A stretch of 64,000 bases of DNA from an uncultured Acidobacteriota bacterium (GCA_963753035.1 CAVWAW010000019.1:67152-131151), one strand, 5' to 3'. Positions 27,270 to 36,833 are shown, counted from the stretch's first letter. The notes: generated by a model not told the origin, from the letters alone. A program made the numbers and translations.

Positions 27270-28478
27270 TCAACCGCCCGGCACCAGTTCGACCGGCACC
27301 GGCATGATGTTCCAGGTGAATCCGGAGAGGCCCTCGGGGTGAGTGTACAGGGTCTCTTTGACCGGTGATCCATCCTTCCAGCGGTAGCGGTTGATCTCCC
27401 CGGCGTTGTCGTTGGCGACGTAGAGTTCATCCACACCGTCGTCATCGAGGTCGGTCAGTATTGCAGCGTGCTCGAAGCCACCGGAATTGCGGTCGATGGA
27501 GGTGATCGACCACGGGCCGCGCGGGTCGTCACCGGGTTCGAGGAGCCACAAGCCGCTCTTGTGGGCGGCCGCCACCATTTCCTTCCTGCCGTCGCCATCG
27601 ACGTCACCGGCGGTGAGGAATCGGCAGAGCTTGTCCTCGATGCTCGCCACAAGAGCCCCTTCTGCGGGATCGGTGTCGGCGTCGTAGCGGCGGATCTCGA
27701 CCCGGCCGCCGGCGACCGCCTCGATGGCGACATAGAGCTCGTCGGTGCCGTCGCCGTCGACATCCTCGACCAGGATCTCCTTGGCGTGGCGATCGCCCAG
27801 ATCTGCGACGTCGACCCGCCCTTCGCCGGTTGCGGGGACATAGCGAACGACCCAGCCCGGTTGGGACGAACCGTCCAGCTTGTTGGGCAGGCTCGGTGTG
27901 GCGTAGATCTCGACCACGCCGTCTCCGTCGAGGTCTCCGACCTCGATTTCATGGACGAAAGTGTTCGGTTCGCCGTCGATCTCCAGGACCTCCCAGCCGT
28001 CACCCGATGGTTTGACCACCGCGACAACGCCCTGGTCGTGAGTCGCGACGGCGAGCGAAGGAGTGCCGTCGCCAAAGATATCGGCGATCTCGACATCGCG
28101 CATCCGGCTGAATTTGCCGCCGAAATCGGCTTCCCAGAGAATCTCCGGTTCCGCGCCTGCCTTCAGGAACTTCAAGGAAGCACCGCTGCCACCCGCGGTG
28201 AGGATGCCGACCTCTCCGGGACGCGGCTCGTAGACCATGGCCTTGTGAAAGACGTTGGAGTCGGCGTCAGCCACGGCGGTATAGCTCCAGCCGTCGCCGG
28301 TGTCGGTGAGGATGCCCATCTGGGCGGGTTGCGGCACCGGGCGGCCGTCGGCGCCCTTTTCGAGGACCGCAAGGGCGAGGAGAAGGCCGTTGTCGAGCGT
28401 GGGAGGCGGCGGTGTTGCCGGTGCACATGCGAGAGTGAGAGTGAGAAGCGGGATCAGGGCGATGAGCGAACGGTGCAT
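27270..28478 (-). CDS. FG-GAP repeat (integrin-alpha-like beta-propeller) lipoprotein
   Basis: Lipobox LTLAC. Repeated DxDGDG Ca-binding loops (GDLDGDGVVE, DVDGDGTDE, GDVDGDGRKE, TDLDDDGVDE). Trimmed to the Met at 28478 (GGAGA RBS). Confidence 0.8.
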   Translation of the reverse strand: MHRSLIALIPLLTLTLACAPATPPPPTLDNGLLLALAVLEKGADGRPVPQPAQMGILTDTGDGWSYTAVADADSNVFHKAMVYEPRPGEVGILTAGGSGASLKFLKAGAEPEILWEADFGGKFSRMRDVEIADIFGDGTPSLAVATHDQGVVAVVKPSGDGWEVLEIDGEPNTFVHEIEVGDLDGDGVVEIYATPSLPNKLDGSSQPGWVVRYVPATGEGRVDVADLGDRHAKEILVEDVDGDGTDELYVAIEAVAGGRVEIRRYDADTDPAEGALVASIEDKLCRFLTAGDVDGDGRKEMVAAAHKSGLWLLEPGDDPRGPWSITSIDRNSGGFEHAAILTDLDDDGVDELYVANDNAGEINRYRWKDGSPVKETLYTHPEGLSGFTWNIMPVPVELVPGG

Positions 28479-28630
28479 TCGATTGTCTCCATGCTGAGAA
28501 ATTCCGCCTTGGCGGAGTGCGTATGGTACCGGATTCTCGGGAGCGTTGGCCACCCCCGCCGGCGCTTTGGGTGGTGTAGCGACAGCCATCCTGGCTGTCG
28601 ACGGTGACGTGCCAGCGCACTGTCGCCGTC

Positions 28631-28890
28631 CCGGAACCTGCGTTCATCCCCGGCCTTCTGGGCCGCTGTGACGTTGTCCCAGCCGACCAGCGTCGCGCCA
28701 TCGGCGTGGTCGCACGTCGGTTGATTTAGAGGGCTGCGACCACGCCGATGGCACGCCGGCGGCCTGCTTCGTAGCCGGGAGAGCAGACCGCATCGCGCTC
28801 CCCTAGGGAGCCCGGTTGGACATTGTGCGAGGAGCGCCGCGATGCCTGGAGGCCGATCCGGCACAATGTCGAACCCGGCACCCCGGTGGA
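28631..28890 (+). repeat. S-family structured repeat, copy S1 (about 260 bp, four hairpins)
   Basis: Near-identical blocks with 53290-53550 and rc of 36513-36780. A 17-bp stem 28697-28713/28736-28752 and a 10-bp stem GACATTGTGC/GCACAATGTC 28819-28828/28861-28870. Confidence 0.85.
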
Positions 28891-28979
28891 GCGGGATTCT
28901 CCGCGTGCCCTGGACGGCTCCGGGCGCTGCCACGGACCCGCATGGTAGACTCCGTCCGTTTCAGGAGGGTGTTGCACAG

Positions 28980-30305
28980 ATGAAACAACTTGCCGGTCTT
29001 TCGTTCATCGTTGTTGCCCTGGTTCTGTTTCTTTCGTGCGGCGGTGGGACCGCCGTGGAGGAGGAGGGCGTGAGTCTTCCGGCGGGGCCGCACCCGGTGG
29101 TGATCATCGCCATCGACGGGCTCCGGGCCGATGCTCTGGGCGCCTACGGCGCACCGGTGGCCACACCCTCTTTTGACGCGTTGGCGGCGGAGTCGGTGCG
29201 TTTCGATTGGGCCTTCGCCCAGGCGCCCGAGATGGTGCCGTCGCTGGCCACGATGTTATCGGGGTTGTATCCGACCACCAACGGGTTGCGAGCTTCGGGG
29301 GATTCTCTCCAGGTTGATGCGGTCACACTCGCCGAAGTCCTCGGTGGGGCCGGTGTCGCTACTGCGGCCTTTGTCGAGGGATCGCCGGGTGGGTCCGATT
29401 ACGGGCTCGCTCAGGGTTTTGATTCCTACCAGGTGGTGAGCAAACCGGGGCTCGATGGTCGGTTGTGGATGAGCGAGCACGCGGATGAGAACTTCGTGCT
29501 GCTGATTGCAGGCTGGGGTTCGAGCGCGTTGGATGAAATCGATCAGATCCTCGGTGCGGAGGAAGCCGTCAGCAATGAGCGGGTAACCGAGGTTCTGGCC
29601 TCGCGAGACGGCGACAACCCGCTACTCTTCAGTGATGATGAGATGGCGCGGATCCGCGCCTGGTACGCCGCTCGAGTTCAGCTCATCGATGCCTTCATCG
29701 GCGAGTTCATGAATGAATTCAGAGCCGAGGGGCTCGACAAGAAGGCAACCCTCGTTGTTCTCGGGACCAACGGTTTCGCCCTGCAGGAGCACGATGATCT
29801 CTTCGGTGAAACCCTCTATTCCACCGTGACCCACGTTCCCATGATGATCCGTCTTCCCGGTGGCCGGATGGCGGGCGGCAACTCGAAGATCGTCGAAGTC
29901 ATGGATCTCATGCCGACGCTCATTGAACTCTCCGGCGCCGGATTCCCGGCGGGTGTCCAGGGTGCGAGCCTCGTGCCGGTCATCAACGGCACCGCGACAC
30001 CGCCATATATCGCCTTTGGTGAGAGTCAAATGGGCGCGGGTCAACGATATGTCGCGCTGGCGGGCTTCAGGGCCGTGGCCACGGGAGAGCAGGGGATGGT
30101 GGAGTTTTTCAACACCGCCGCCGATCCCTTCGAACTCAACGACATCGGCGAGAATGAACCCGACAAACTCGCCAAGCTCATGGGAGATCTCCAGGCGTGG
30201 TCCAAGATGGTCACCGCCACCTCCCTCGACCCCGAGCTTCGGACCGACGCCGCACTCGACGACGAAACCCTCAAACAGCTCAAGAGCCTGGGGTATGTCC
30301 AGTAG
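28980..30305 (+). CDS. Alkaline-phosphatase-superfamily (sulfatase/NPP-like) lipoprotein; nucleophile motif not conserved
   Basis: Lipobox LFLSC. VVIIAIDGLRADALG metal-site start. MVPSLATMLSGLYP occupies the position of C/S-x-P-x-R...TG. Trimmed to the Met at 28980 (AGGAGG RBS). Confidence 0.75.
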   Translation: MKQLAGLSFIVVALVLFLSCGGGTAVEEEGVSLPAGPHPVVIIAIDGLRADALGAYGAPVATPSFDALAAESVRFDWAFAQAPEMVPSLATMLSGLYPTTNGLRASGDSLQVDAVTLAEVLGGAGVATAAFVEGSPGGSDYGLAQGFDSYQVVSKPGLDGRLWMSEHADENFVLLIAGWGSSALDEIDQILGAEEAVSNERVTEVLASRDGDNPLLFSDDEMARIRAWYAARVQLIDAFIGEFMNEFRAEGLDKKATLVVLGTNGFALQEHDDLFGETLYSTVTHVPMMIRLPGGRMAGGNSKIVEVMDLMPTLIELSGAGFPAGVQGASLVPVINGTATPPYIAFGESQMGAGQRYVALAGFRAVATGEQGMVEFFNTAADPFELNDIGENEPDKLAKLMGDLQAWSKMVTATSLDPELRTDAALDDETLKQLKSLGYVQ

Positions 30306-30308
30306 CCG

Positions 30309-30710
30309 CTATTTGTAGAGCAACCCGTTGACCATGGCCAGGAACTCCTTGGCCACTTCCTCCTTGCGAGAGAAATCCATTTCGGGTTGATCCGGGCCGG
30401 CGGCCGCGCGGACATAGACCTTGACGTCGTTGGTTCGCATGATCTGGTCGAGGGAAAGCACCTCGGTCGAGCCTTCTTCGGCGCCATCTCTGACGGCGCG
30501 AACAAGACCGTCCTGGCGATTCTCGGACTCGACGTCGTAGTCGAGTTCAACAAGGGCGATGTGGCACGCGGCCCAGACATCATCGGGTGAGCCGACATAG
30601 TCAATGACCCATGGGTCGCTCGATGGTTTGGTGGCGGCGCACCCGAAGATACTGACAACCACCAGAGCCAATCCCAATATCGTCGCCGTCGATCTAATAC
30701 GCGTACTCAT
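30309..30710 (-). CDS. Small lipoprotein, function unknown
   Basis: Lipobox SIFGC, 133 aa. Last gene of a same-strand cluster. Confidence 0.6.
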   Translation of the reverse strand: MSTRIRSTATILGLALVVVSIFGCAATKPSSDPWVIDYVGSPDDVWAACHIALVELDYDVESENRQDGLVRAVRDGAEEGSTEVLSLDQIMRTNDVKVYVRAAAGPDQPEMDFSRKEEVAKEFLAMVNGLLYK

Positions 30711-30769
30711 ATCCCGCCCCTCAGCATTGTCCGAAATTCAATTCATAATCATAATTCATAATTAAGAAC

Positions 30770-31360
30770 TTATTGTCCTGCCGCCTGATCCTCGGCGTAC
30801 ATCTTCCGCCACTTCTCGACCATCTTCTCGATCCCTTTGTCGAGCTTCTTGTGGCTCTTCTGCGGGTTGTCGGGGATGGTTGCGGTCAGGGTCCCGCGCC
30901 AGACGATCTTCATGGTCTTGGCGTCCCAGATGTCGATGACGAGCGTTCCCGCTTTTTGCGGGATGGAAGTTGTCGCGGTCATCCCGACGGCGCTCCCGCC
31001 CCAGGGGGAACTCCATTGCCAGCCCGGGCCGTAGCCGTAGCCGCCGGAATTGAAGGTGTTGATCTGGTAATCATGGTCTGCTTCGCCGTAGTAGGTGACC
31101 CAGACATCCGGGTCGTCGATGTTCTCGATCATTCCGCCCTTACCCAGGTAATACTCGATGGCGTTCTTGATGCGTGAGTGCATCAGGGGATTGTCGTCAT
31201 AGATCGAAATATCGGGGGTCGACGCCCAGGCGTAGGTCTTGAAGCTCTTGATGTCGACGTTCCGGTCATAGTCGATATAGGACTTCTGGGCAGCCGCGGG
31301 GGTGGCGAAGCCCACGATGGCGATGAGGATAATGGCGGTGAGGCCGATAGTCTTGTACAT
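30770..31360 (-). CDS. DUF4136-family secreted/lipoprotein (paralog 1)
   Basis: Signal peptide. YIDYDRNVDIKSFKTYAW...GTLVIDIWDAKTMKIVWRGT. Paralog of 31375-31938. Confidence 0.7.
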   Translation of the reverse strand: MYKTIGLTAIILIAIVGFATPAAAQKSYIDYDRNVDIKSFKTYAWASTPDISIYDDNPLMHSRIKNAIEYYLGKGGMIENIDDPDVWVTYYGEADHDYQINTFNSGGYGYGPGWQWSSPWGGSAVGMTATTSIPQKAGTLVIDIWDAKTMKIVWRGTLTATIPDNPQKSHKKLDKGIEKMVEKWRKMYAEDQAAGQ

Positions 31361-31374
31361 GTGTTTCTCCAGCC

Positions 31375-31938
31375 CTACTTCTTTTCCTTGGCGCGCATTT
31401 CGCGGAACTTCTTCACGACCTTGTCGATCCCATCGTCGATCTTCTTGATGACCTTCAGGGGGTCATTGACATAGACGTTGGTGATCGTACCTCTAAAGAG
31501 CGCCTCTTTCTTTCGCGCATCCCAGATGTCGATGATCATGGTCCCCTTTTTGAAATCGGTGACCATGGTGCCGGAGGTCATCATCGGCCCCCAGTAGGGG
31601 CCCCAGGCCCAGCCGGCGCCATAGCCGTAGCCGAAGGTCGATGTCATGAACTGGCTTTGATCCGAAGTCGAGGCGTGGTAGGTGACATAGACATCCGGAT
31701 CCTTGAGATCCTCCACCATCCCGCCTTTGACCATGTAGTACTCGATGTTGTTCTTGATCATCGAGTCGACCTCGGGATAGTCCAGCTTGAGTGAAGTGGT
31801 GTTGGTGTCCACCCAGGCAAAGCTCTTGTATGAGTCGAAGTCGGCATAGGTGTCGTAGTCGACATAGACCTTCTGGGCCGAAACCGGCGAGGCGGCGAGT
31901 GCGAGCAGGACAACGATTCCGATCGTGGCGTATTTCAT
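31375..31938 (-). CDS. DUF4136-family secreted/lipoprotein (paralog 2)
   Basis: MKYATIGIVVLLALAASPVSA signal. YVDYDTYADFDSYKSFAW...GTMIIDIWDARKKEALFRGT. The track ORF (to 32556) is trimmed to the Met at 31938 with an AGGAGA RBS. Confidence 0.75.
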   Translation of the reverse strand: MKYATIGIVVLLALAASPVSAQKVYVDYDTYADFDSYKSFAWVDTNTTSLKLDYPEVDSMIKNNIEYYMVKGGMVEDLKDPDVYVTYHASTSDQSQFMTSTFGYGYGAGWAWGPYWGPMMTSGTMVTDFKKGTMIIDIWDARKKEALFRGTITNVYVNDPLKVIKKIDDGIDKVVKKFREMRAKEKK

Positions 31939-31946
31939 TCGATCTC

Positions 31947-32795
31947 CTAAAAAACCAAGGACGCATTGAGAGTGAGCGATGTCTGACGGAGGTCGACCTT
32001 GATCCGGTTGTCGCCTCCGGTGTTCTCGTAGACGACATCGGAGCCTGACAGACCGAGGCCGAGACCGAAGTGCCGGCTGAAGTACCAGGTGAGACTGGCG
32101 GCATTGTTGAAGATTCGGCCTTCGTGGGCGCCGATGGAGAGGCTGATGAAGGAGGTTTTGAGGTCGAGGATCAGGTTGTGTCGGATGGCGTAGTTGAGGA
32201 AGAATCCGATGGTGGGAACGGGCGCCAGCACCTGTTCCGACCGCCTCCCGAATTCCTCGAGGCTCGGATCTTGGTCGAGAATGTAGCGGCCGTTGAGGTC
32301 CAGTGAGTACTTGTAGAAACCGAGACCGGCCGAAACGCCCGCTTCTGTCTTCTTGGTGTTGGTGAAGCTGTACTGGTAGGTGAAGGTACCGACCTGGTTG
32401 CCAAAGGAGCTGTTCAACTCGCCGAGGAACTCGACATCGAAGATCGGGACGGTGCCCTGGACAAGGGCGTAGGCGTCTCGGGAGTAGTCGGCGTATGAAA
32501 AACGGATCGTGTGCCGTTTGTTCTTTGTGAAACGGAAAAACGCGTCGATGCTCCATGTCGTCATCTGATCGTCAAAGCCGAGCAGGTCCTCGAGGTTGAT
32601 CAGGGCGCCGAGATCGCGGCCGGCGGAGACATCGCTGGTGAGTTCGCTGAGGTTTCCGAAGAGTCTCACGTTCCAGCGATCGCCGAGATAGCGGTTGGTC
32701 TGGGGTGCGTCCGGTTCTTCGGCAAGCGCCGCCGGGGAAGGGATCAAGATTCCCGCGGCCACCAGCATGATCATTCCGAGCTTCAGAGGGTTCAT
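31947..32795 (-). CDS. Outer-membrane beta-barrel protein, function unknown
   Basis: Signal peptide ending ALAEEP, alternating amphipathic strands and a C-terminal ...NASLVF (terminal Phe). GAGGAGG RBS. Confidence 0.7.
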   Translation of the reverse strand: MNPLKLGMIMLVAAGILIPSPAALAEEPDAPQTNRYLGDRWNVRLFGNLSELTSDVSAGRDLGALINLEDLLGFDDQMTTWSIDAFFRFTKNKRHTIRFSYADYSRDAYALVQGTVPIFDVEFLGELNSSFGNQVGTFTYQYSFTNTKKTEAGVSAGLGFYKYSLDLNGRYILDQDPSLEEFGRRSEQVLAPVPTIGFFLNYAIRHNLILDLKTSFISLSIGAHEGRIFNNAASLTWYFSRHFGLGLGLSGSDVVYENTGGDNRIKVDLRQTSLTLNASLVF

Positions 32796-32995
32796 CGCTG
32801 CCTCCTCAAACAGGTCTGTGCAGAGGCGAAGTTAACACACGACGACCCATTTGTCGGTCGTCTGGCGGCCTACACGGTCTGTGGAGGCGCGTGTTGAGTT
32901 TTCTATTCCTATCTCAAATTCGGAGGATGGATCTGATTGGAGCCTCCGTCGAAAATTCGAGAGGCTCGAGCCGTGTCCATCCACCTCTGATTGAT

Positions 32996-33120
32996 CTCCT
33001 GCGACGACTTCGTGCAACCTTCGTGGATTTGTGTCTTCGTGTTTGCGACGGTGTGATGTCTCTGTGATCCATTTGCGATGTCTGCGATGCTTTGCGTCCC
33101 TTGCGCCCTGGCGATTCAAC
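32996..33120. repeat. Solo E600-type arm (CGCA/GTG word array ending GGCGATTCAAC)
   Basis: GCGATGTCTGCGATGCTTTGCGTCCCTTGCGCCCTGGCGATTCAAC resembles the right arms at 18828-18919, 61300-61386 and 42770-42826. Confidence 0.6.
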
Positions 33121-33191
33121 TTCGCTCCGAGAAACGCGCTAGAATACGCCGCATCGCCGTCCGGGCGATTCCGACCACTGGAGCCCCGAAA

Positions 33192-36032
33192 ATGTCAGCT
33201 GAGAAGAAGAAAGACCGTTATCGCGAGACCCTGCACCTGCCGAAGACCGCATTCAGCATGCGTGCCGGGCTTCTGACCAAGGAACCGCGCTTCCAGGAGC
33301 GGTGGGAAGCCATCGATCTCTATCGCCGGCAGCAGGAGCAGCCGCATCCGGCTGGGGCGTTTGTGTTCCACGACGGACCGCCGTACGCCAACGGCAATAT
33401 CCACATGGGTCATCTGATCAACAAGATCCTCAAGGACCTGGTTGTGCGAAGCCGGCAGATGGCGGGCCACGAGGTCCAGTTCGTCCCGGGTTGGGACTGT
33501 CACGGGCTGCCTATCGAGCACAAGGTCATGAAGGAGATCGGCAAGGAAGCCGCCGAACTCGGCACCATGGAGATCCGTCACCGCTGCCGCGACTACGCCG
33601 CCGGTTTCCAGAAGATCCAAGCCGAGCAGATGATCCGGCTCGGCACCTCGGGCGACTACGACCACCCCTACATGACCATGCTCCCCGCCTACGAGGGCGC
33701 CGTTTTGGAGGTCTTTGCCGCACTTGTCAAACAGGGACTCGTCTATCGGGATCTCAAACCGGTCCACTGGTCCATCGAGAACCGAACGGCGCTGGCCGAG
33801 GCCGAGCTCGAGTACCACGATCGGCACGATGTCTCGGTTTATGCCCTTTTCGAGATCAAGGACTCGAGTGTTCTTCCGGCGTCGCTCGCGGCGCCGGACG
33901 GCGAGCGGGTGGATCTCATGATCTGGACGACCACCCCGTGGACCCTCCCCGCGAACCTCGCGGTGGCCGTCGGACCAGCGGCCGAGTACGGTCTCTATCG
34001 TTTCGAGCACGGCAGCGTCTCGCGCCTCGCGATTTTGGCTCCCGAACTTGCGGCCAAGGTTCTCGGCGAGGAGGCCGAGTGCCTCGGCCGGTGCAAGGGC
34101 GCCGAGCTTGCCGACGCCGGCGTCGAGTACCTCCACCCGTTCATCGATCGCACATCGCCGGTGGTGACCGCCGACTACGTCACTCTCGAGGATGGCACCG
34201 GGCTGGTCCATACCGCGCCGGGCCACGGCTTGGAGGACTACGAGACCGGTCTGCGCATCGGCCTCGACATCTATTGCCCGGTCCAAGAGGATGGGACCTT
34301 CGACGAAACAGCGCCGGAGTGGCTCCAGGGCCTCGATGTCTGGAGCGCGAACCCCAAGGTCGTGTCCACCCTCGAGAACTCGGGCCACCTCTTCAAACAC
34401 CACAAGATCCTCCACAGCTACCCGCACGACTGGCGATCGAAGACCCCGACCATCTTCCGCGCCACCGAACAGTGGTTTGTCGGAGTCGACCGGCCCTTCG
34501 GCGACGAAGCGACGAGTCTTCGCCAGCGGGCTCTTGACGCCGCGGGCAACCACATCACTTTCGTGCCCGAGTGGGGCGAGAAGCGGTTTGCTGGGATGCT
34601 CGAGACCCGGCCCGACTGGTGTATCTCCCGTCAGCGTTCCTGGGGACTGCCTATCCCCGCCTTCCTCACAGACAATGGTCCGGTGCTGACCGAGGCGACG
34701 GTGAGGGCGGTCGCACTCTTTGTCCGCGCCAACGGCTCCGATGCGTGGTTCACCGAAAATCCGCAGACCATCCTCGCCGACTACGACCCGGCTGCCGATG
34801 CAGCGGCGCCCGAGTGGCTGCGTCGGGCGGGTCGCGATGGAATCGCTCAACTCGTCAAGGGCAGTGACATCTTTGATGTCTGGTTCGAGTCGGGCTCCTC
34901 TTGGAACGCCGTCATGCGGGAGCGCGGGATCGGCTACCCGTGCGATCTCTATCTCGAGGGTTCCGACCAGCACCGCGGCTGGTTCCAGCTCTCATTGCTC
35001 CCGGCGCTGGGGATGACCGGCCGATCGCCCTTCGAAACCGTCCTCACCCATGGTTTCATGGTCACCGCCGAGGGCGAAAAGATGTCCAAGAGCCTCGGCA
35101 ACGCCATCGATGTCGAGGACCTGCTCAAGCAGCACGGCGCCGATGTCTGCCGGTGGTGGACCGCATCGCTCAACTACACCCACGACATGAAGGTGGATTG
35201 GGAGTTCTTTCGGGTTGCCTCGGACGAGTACCGCAAGGTGAGGAACACGCTGCGGTTCATGATCGGTAATCTGGCGGATTTCGACCCCCAGAAGGACCGG
35301 GTCGAGCTCACCGATGACGATCGTACCAGTCTCGACTGGTGGGCCAAGGCCAAGCTGGCCGAACTCATCGGGAAGGTCGATGCGGGTTATCGGAGCTATC
35401 AGTTCAAGCGGGTGGTCGAGGCGATCTTCGAGTTCTGCAACGACACCATGAGTTCGGTCTTCATGGCCGCCGTCAAGGACCGGCTCTACTGTGATGAGGC
35501 GACCAGCCGTCGTCGCCGGCTCACCCAGACCGTGCTCTACGATGCCGCCACGTCATTGATCCGGATGGTGGCGCCGGTGCTCGTTCATACGGCCGATGAA
35601 GCCTGGTTGGCGCTCCACGGTCTCGAGGAGGATGATCGCAGCTGTGTCCACACCGAGACCCTGCCGGAATCTTTCAATCTCGAGATGGGAGCCGGCTGGC
35701 CGGCGGTGATGGAGCTCCGCTCACTCGTGCTCAAGAGCCTCGAAGATGCCAAGGAAGCCCAGGGAATCAAGAACACCCTCGATGCCGGGATCGAAGTGAC
35801 GTTGCCGGCGGATGAGGCCGCGGTCATCGAGCCGTTCGGCGACGAGCTCGCCGACCTCTTCGGCGTCAGCAGGTGCGCCATGGCGGCCGGGGCCGAAGCT
35901 TCCGTCACCATCGTCGACCTCCGCGAGGAACCGCGTTGCGAGCGGTCGTGGAAACGGGACGGTACAGTCAAGGAGCGCTCCGACGGCGGAGTGCTCTCGG
36001 ATCGGGACGCCGCGGTGGTCGGAGTGTCGTGA
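33192..36032 (+). CDS. ileS: Isoleucine--tRNA ligase
   Basis: [19 protein letters not shown] and a CP1 editing domain. Trimmed to the Met at 33192. Confidence 0.95.
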   Translation: MSAEKKKDRYRETLHLPKTAFSMRAGLLTKEPRFQERWEAIDLYRRQQEQPHPAGAFVFHDGPPYANGNIHMGHLINKILKDLVVRSRQMAGHEVQFVPGWDCHGLPIEHKVMKEIGKEAAELGTMEIRHRCRDYAAGFQKIQAEQMIRLGTSGDYDHPYMTMLPAYEGAVLEVFAALVKQGLVYRDLKPVHWSIENRTALAEAELEYHDRHDVSVYALFEIKDSSVLPASLAAPDGERVDLMIWTTTPWTLPANLAVAVGPAAEYGLYRFEHGSVSRLAILAPELAAKVLGEEAECLGRCKGAELADAGVEYLHPFIDRTSPVVTADYVTLEDGTGLVHTAPGHGLEDYETGLRIGLDIYCPVQEDGTFDETAPEWLQGLDVWSANPKVVSTLENSGHLFKHHKILHSYPHDWRSKTPTIFRATEQWFVGVDRPFGDEATSLRQRALDAAGNHITFVPEWGEKRFAGMLETRPDWCISRQRSWGLPIPAFLTDNGPVLTEATVRAVALFVRANGSDAWFTENPQTILADYDPAADAAAPEWLRRAGRDGIAQLVKGSDIFDVWFESGSSWNAVMRERGIGYPCDLYLEGSDQHRGWFQLSLLPALGMTGRSPFETVLTHGFMVTAEGEKMSKSLGNAIDVEDLLKQHGADVCRWWTASLNYTHDMKVDWEFFRVASDEYRKVRNTLRFMIGNLADFDPQKDRVELTDDDRTSLDWWAKAKLAELIGKVDAGYRSYQFKRVVEAIFEFCNDTMSSVFMAAVKDRLYCDEATSRRRRLTQTVLYDAATSLIRMVAPVLVHTADEAWLALHGLEEDDRSCVHTETLPESFNLEMGAGWPAVMELRSLVLKSLEDAKEAQGIKNTLDAGIEVTLPADEAAVIEPFGDELADLFGVSRCAMAAGAEASVTIVDLREEPRCERSWKRDGTVKERSDGGVLSDRDAAVVGVS

Positions 36033-36280
36033 GCGCCTTCTGGCGGGTTGTTGCCTATCCGGCCCGCCTCTACAAGAGGTTCATTTCACCCTATATGCCC
36101 CCGGCGTGCCGGTTCGAACCGACCTGTTCGGTCTATGCAGCCGAGGCCATCGAGAGCCACGGGCTCTACGGCGTCTGGTTGGCGGTGGTGCGGATCCTCA
36201 AGTGCCAGCCGTTCCATTCGGGTGGCTACGATCCCGTGCCGCCCCGGAAGGGTGATATGGGTTCGACGCCATCGGATTGA
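36029..36280 (+). CDS. yidD: Membrane protein insertion efficiency factor YidD
   Basis: [31 protein letters not shown]...[13 protein letters not shown]. The GTG start overlaps the ileS stop (GTGA). Confidence 0.85.
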   Translation: MSAFWRVVAYPARLYKRFISPYMPPACRFEPTCSVYAAEAIESHGLYGVWLAVVRILKCQPFHSGGYDPVPPRKGDMGSTPSD

Positions 36281-36297
36281 GCCGCTCGGGCGCGAGG

Positions 36298-36359
36298 ACA
36301 TCGCAATCATCGCAATTCAACGCAGAGGCGCAAAGTCGCAGAGGCGCAGAGACATCGCA
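36298..36359. repeat. Solo E600-type arm (CATCGCA / CGCAGAGG words)
   Basis: ACATCGCAATCATCGCAATTCAACGCAGAGGCGCAAAGTCGCAGAGGCGCAGAGACATCGCA. Confidence 0.6.
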
Positions 36360-36462
36360 TTTGAGAGTGGGCGAGGTGTTGCGTGGAGGCCGTCAGACAA
36401 CGTGGTGGCGCGCCTCCGAGCGGGAGGAGTCTGTAGGTGGGCCCAGGCCCACCCTACGTGCT
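36359..36462 (+). repeat. Q module (contains a GTAGGTGGGCCCAGGCCCACCCTAC hairpin)
   Basis: Alignable by eye to rc of 44202-44305. Shared blocks are CGTAGGGTGGGCCTGGGCCCACCT and CCACTCTCAAATG. Confidence 0.65.
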
Positions 36463-36512
36463 CTTCCGAGGGTACGAAAACGAGGGCGCGACTGGGCACG
36501 CGGACAACCGCG

Positions 36513-36780
36513 CCCCATCGGGCGTGCCGGGTTTGACATTGTGCCGGAACGACCACACGGCCCCGCGTCGCTCCCCGCACAATGTCATACCGGGCTCCCC
36601 CGGGGAGCGCGATGCGGTTTGCTGTTCCGGCTCCGAGGCAGGCCGCCGGCGTGCCATCGGCGTGGTCGCAGCCCTCACAATCAACCTACGCGCGACCACG
36701 CCGATGGTGCGACGCTGGGTCGCTGGGACGCCAAAGCGTCACAGCGGCCCAGAAGGCCGGTGACGAGATCAGCGTCCGGG
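36513..36780 (-). repeat. S-family structured repeat, copy S3 (inverted)
   Basis: The rc aligns block for block with S1 and S2, including the GCCATCGGCGTGGTCGC/GCGACCACGCCGATGGC stem and the GACATTGTGCCGG/CCGCACAATGTC stem. Confidence 0.85.
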
Positions 36781-36833
36781 GCAGCGTCAGGATCAACATC
36801 AGTTGACAGCCGGACGGGAGTGGGCGACTGTTC

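Noticed and set aside
28454-28933. ORFs across the S elements (28454-28933, 53191-54267, 36277-37419) share ...GFDIVP.RP.G...L.AQ...GLPRGARCGLL.R.R.RPPACHRRGRSP.NQPT.DHADG.TL..WD.
   Set aside because: There is no consistent start codon, and the peptide is Arg/Pro-rich. The conserved segments coincide with long perfect hairpin stems. The deletion copy S4 breaks the frame context. Non-coding structure explains the conservation better.
33195-34973. 592-aa ORF antisense to ileS. Similar long shadow ORFs: 19807-21549 (antisense to topA), 22214-23620 and 23684-25078 (valS), 46760-48919 (GGDEF-EAL gene), 44558-45889, 59466-60836, 16995-18305, 27468-28607.
   Set aside because: Each fully overlaps a gene with unmistakable family motifs on the other strand. 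Their translations are Arg/Gly/Pro/Asp-rich with no motifs. Long stop-free antisense frames are expected in GC-rich DNA.
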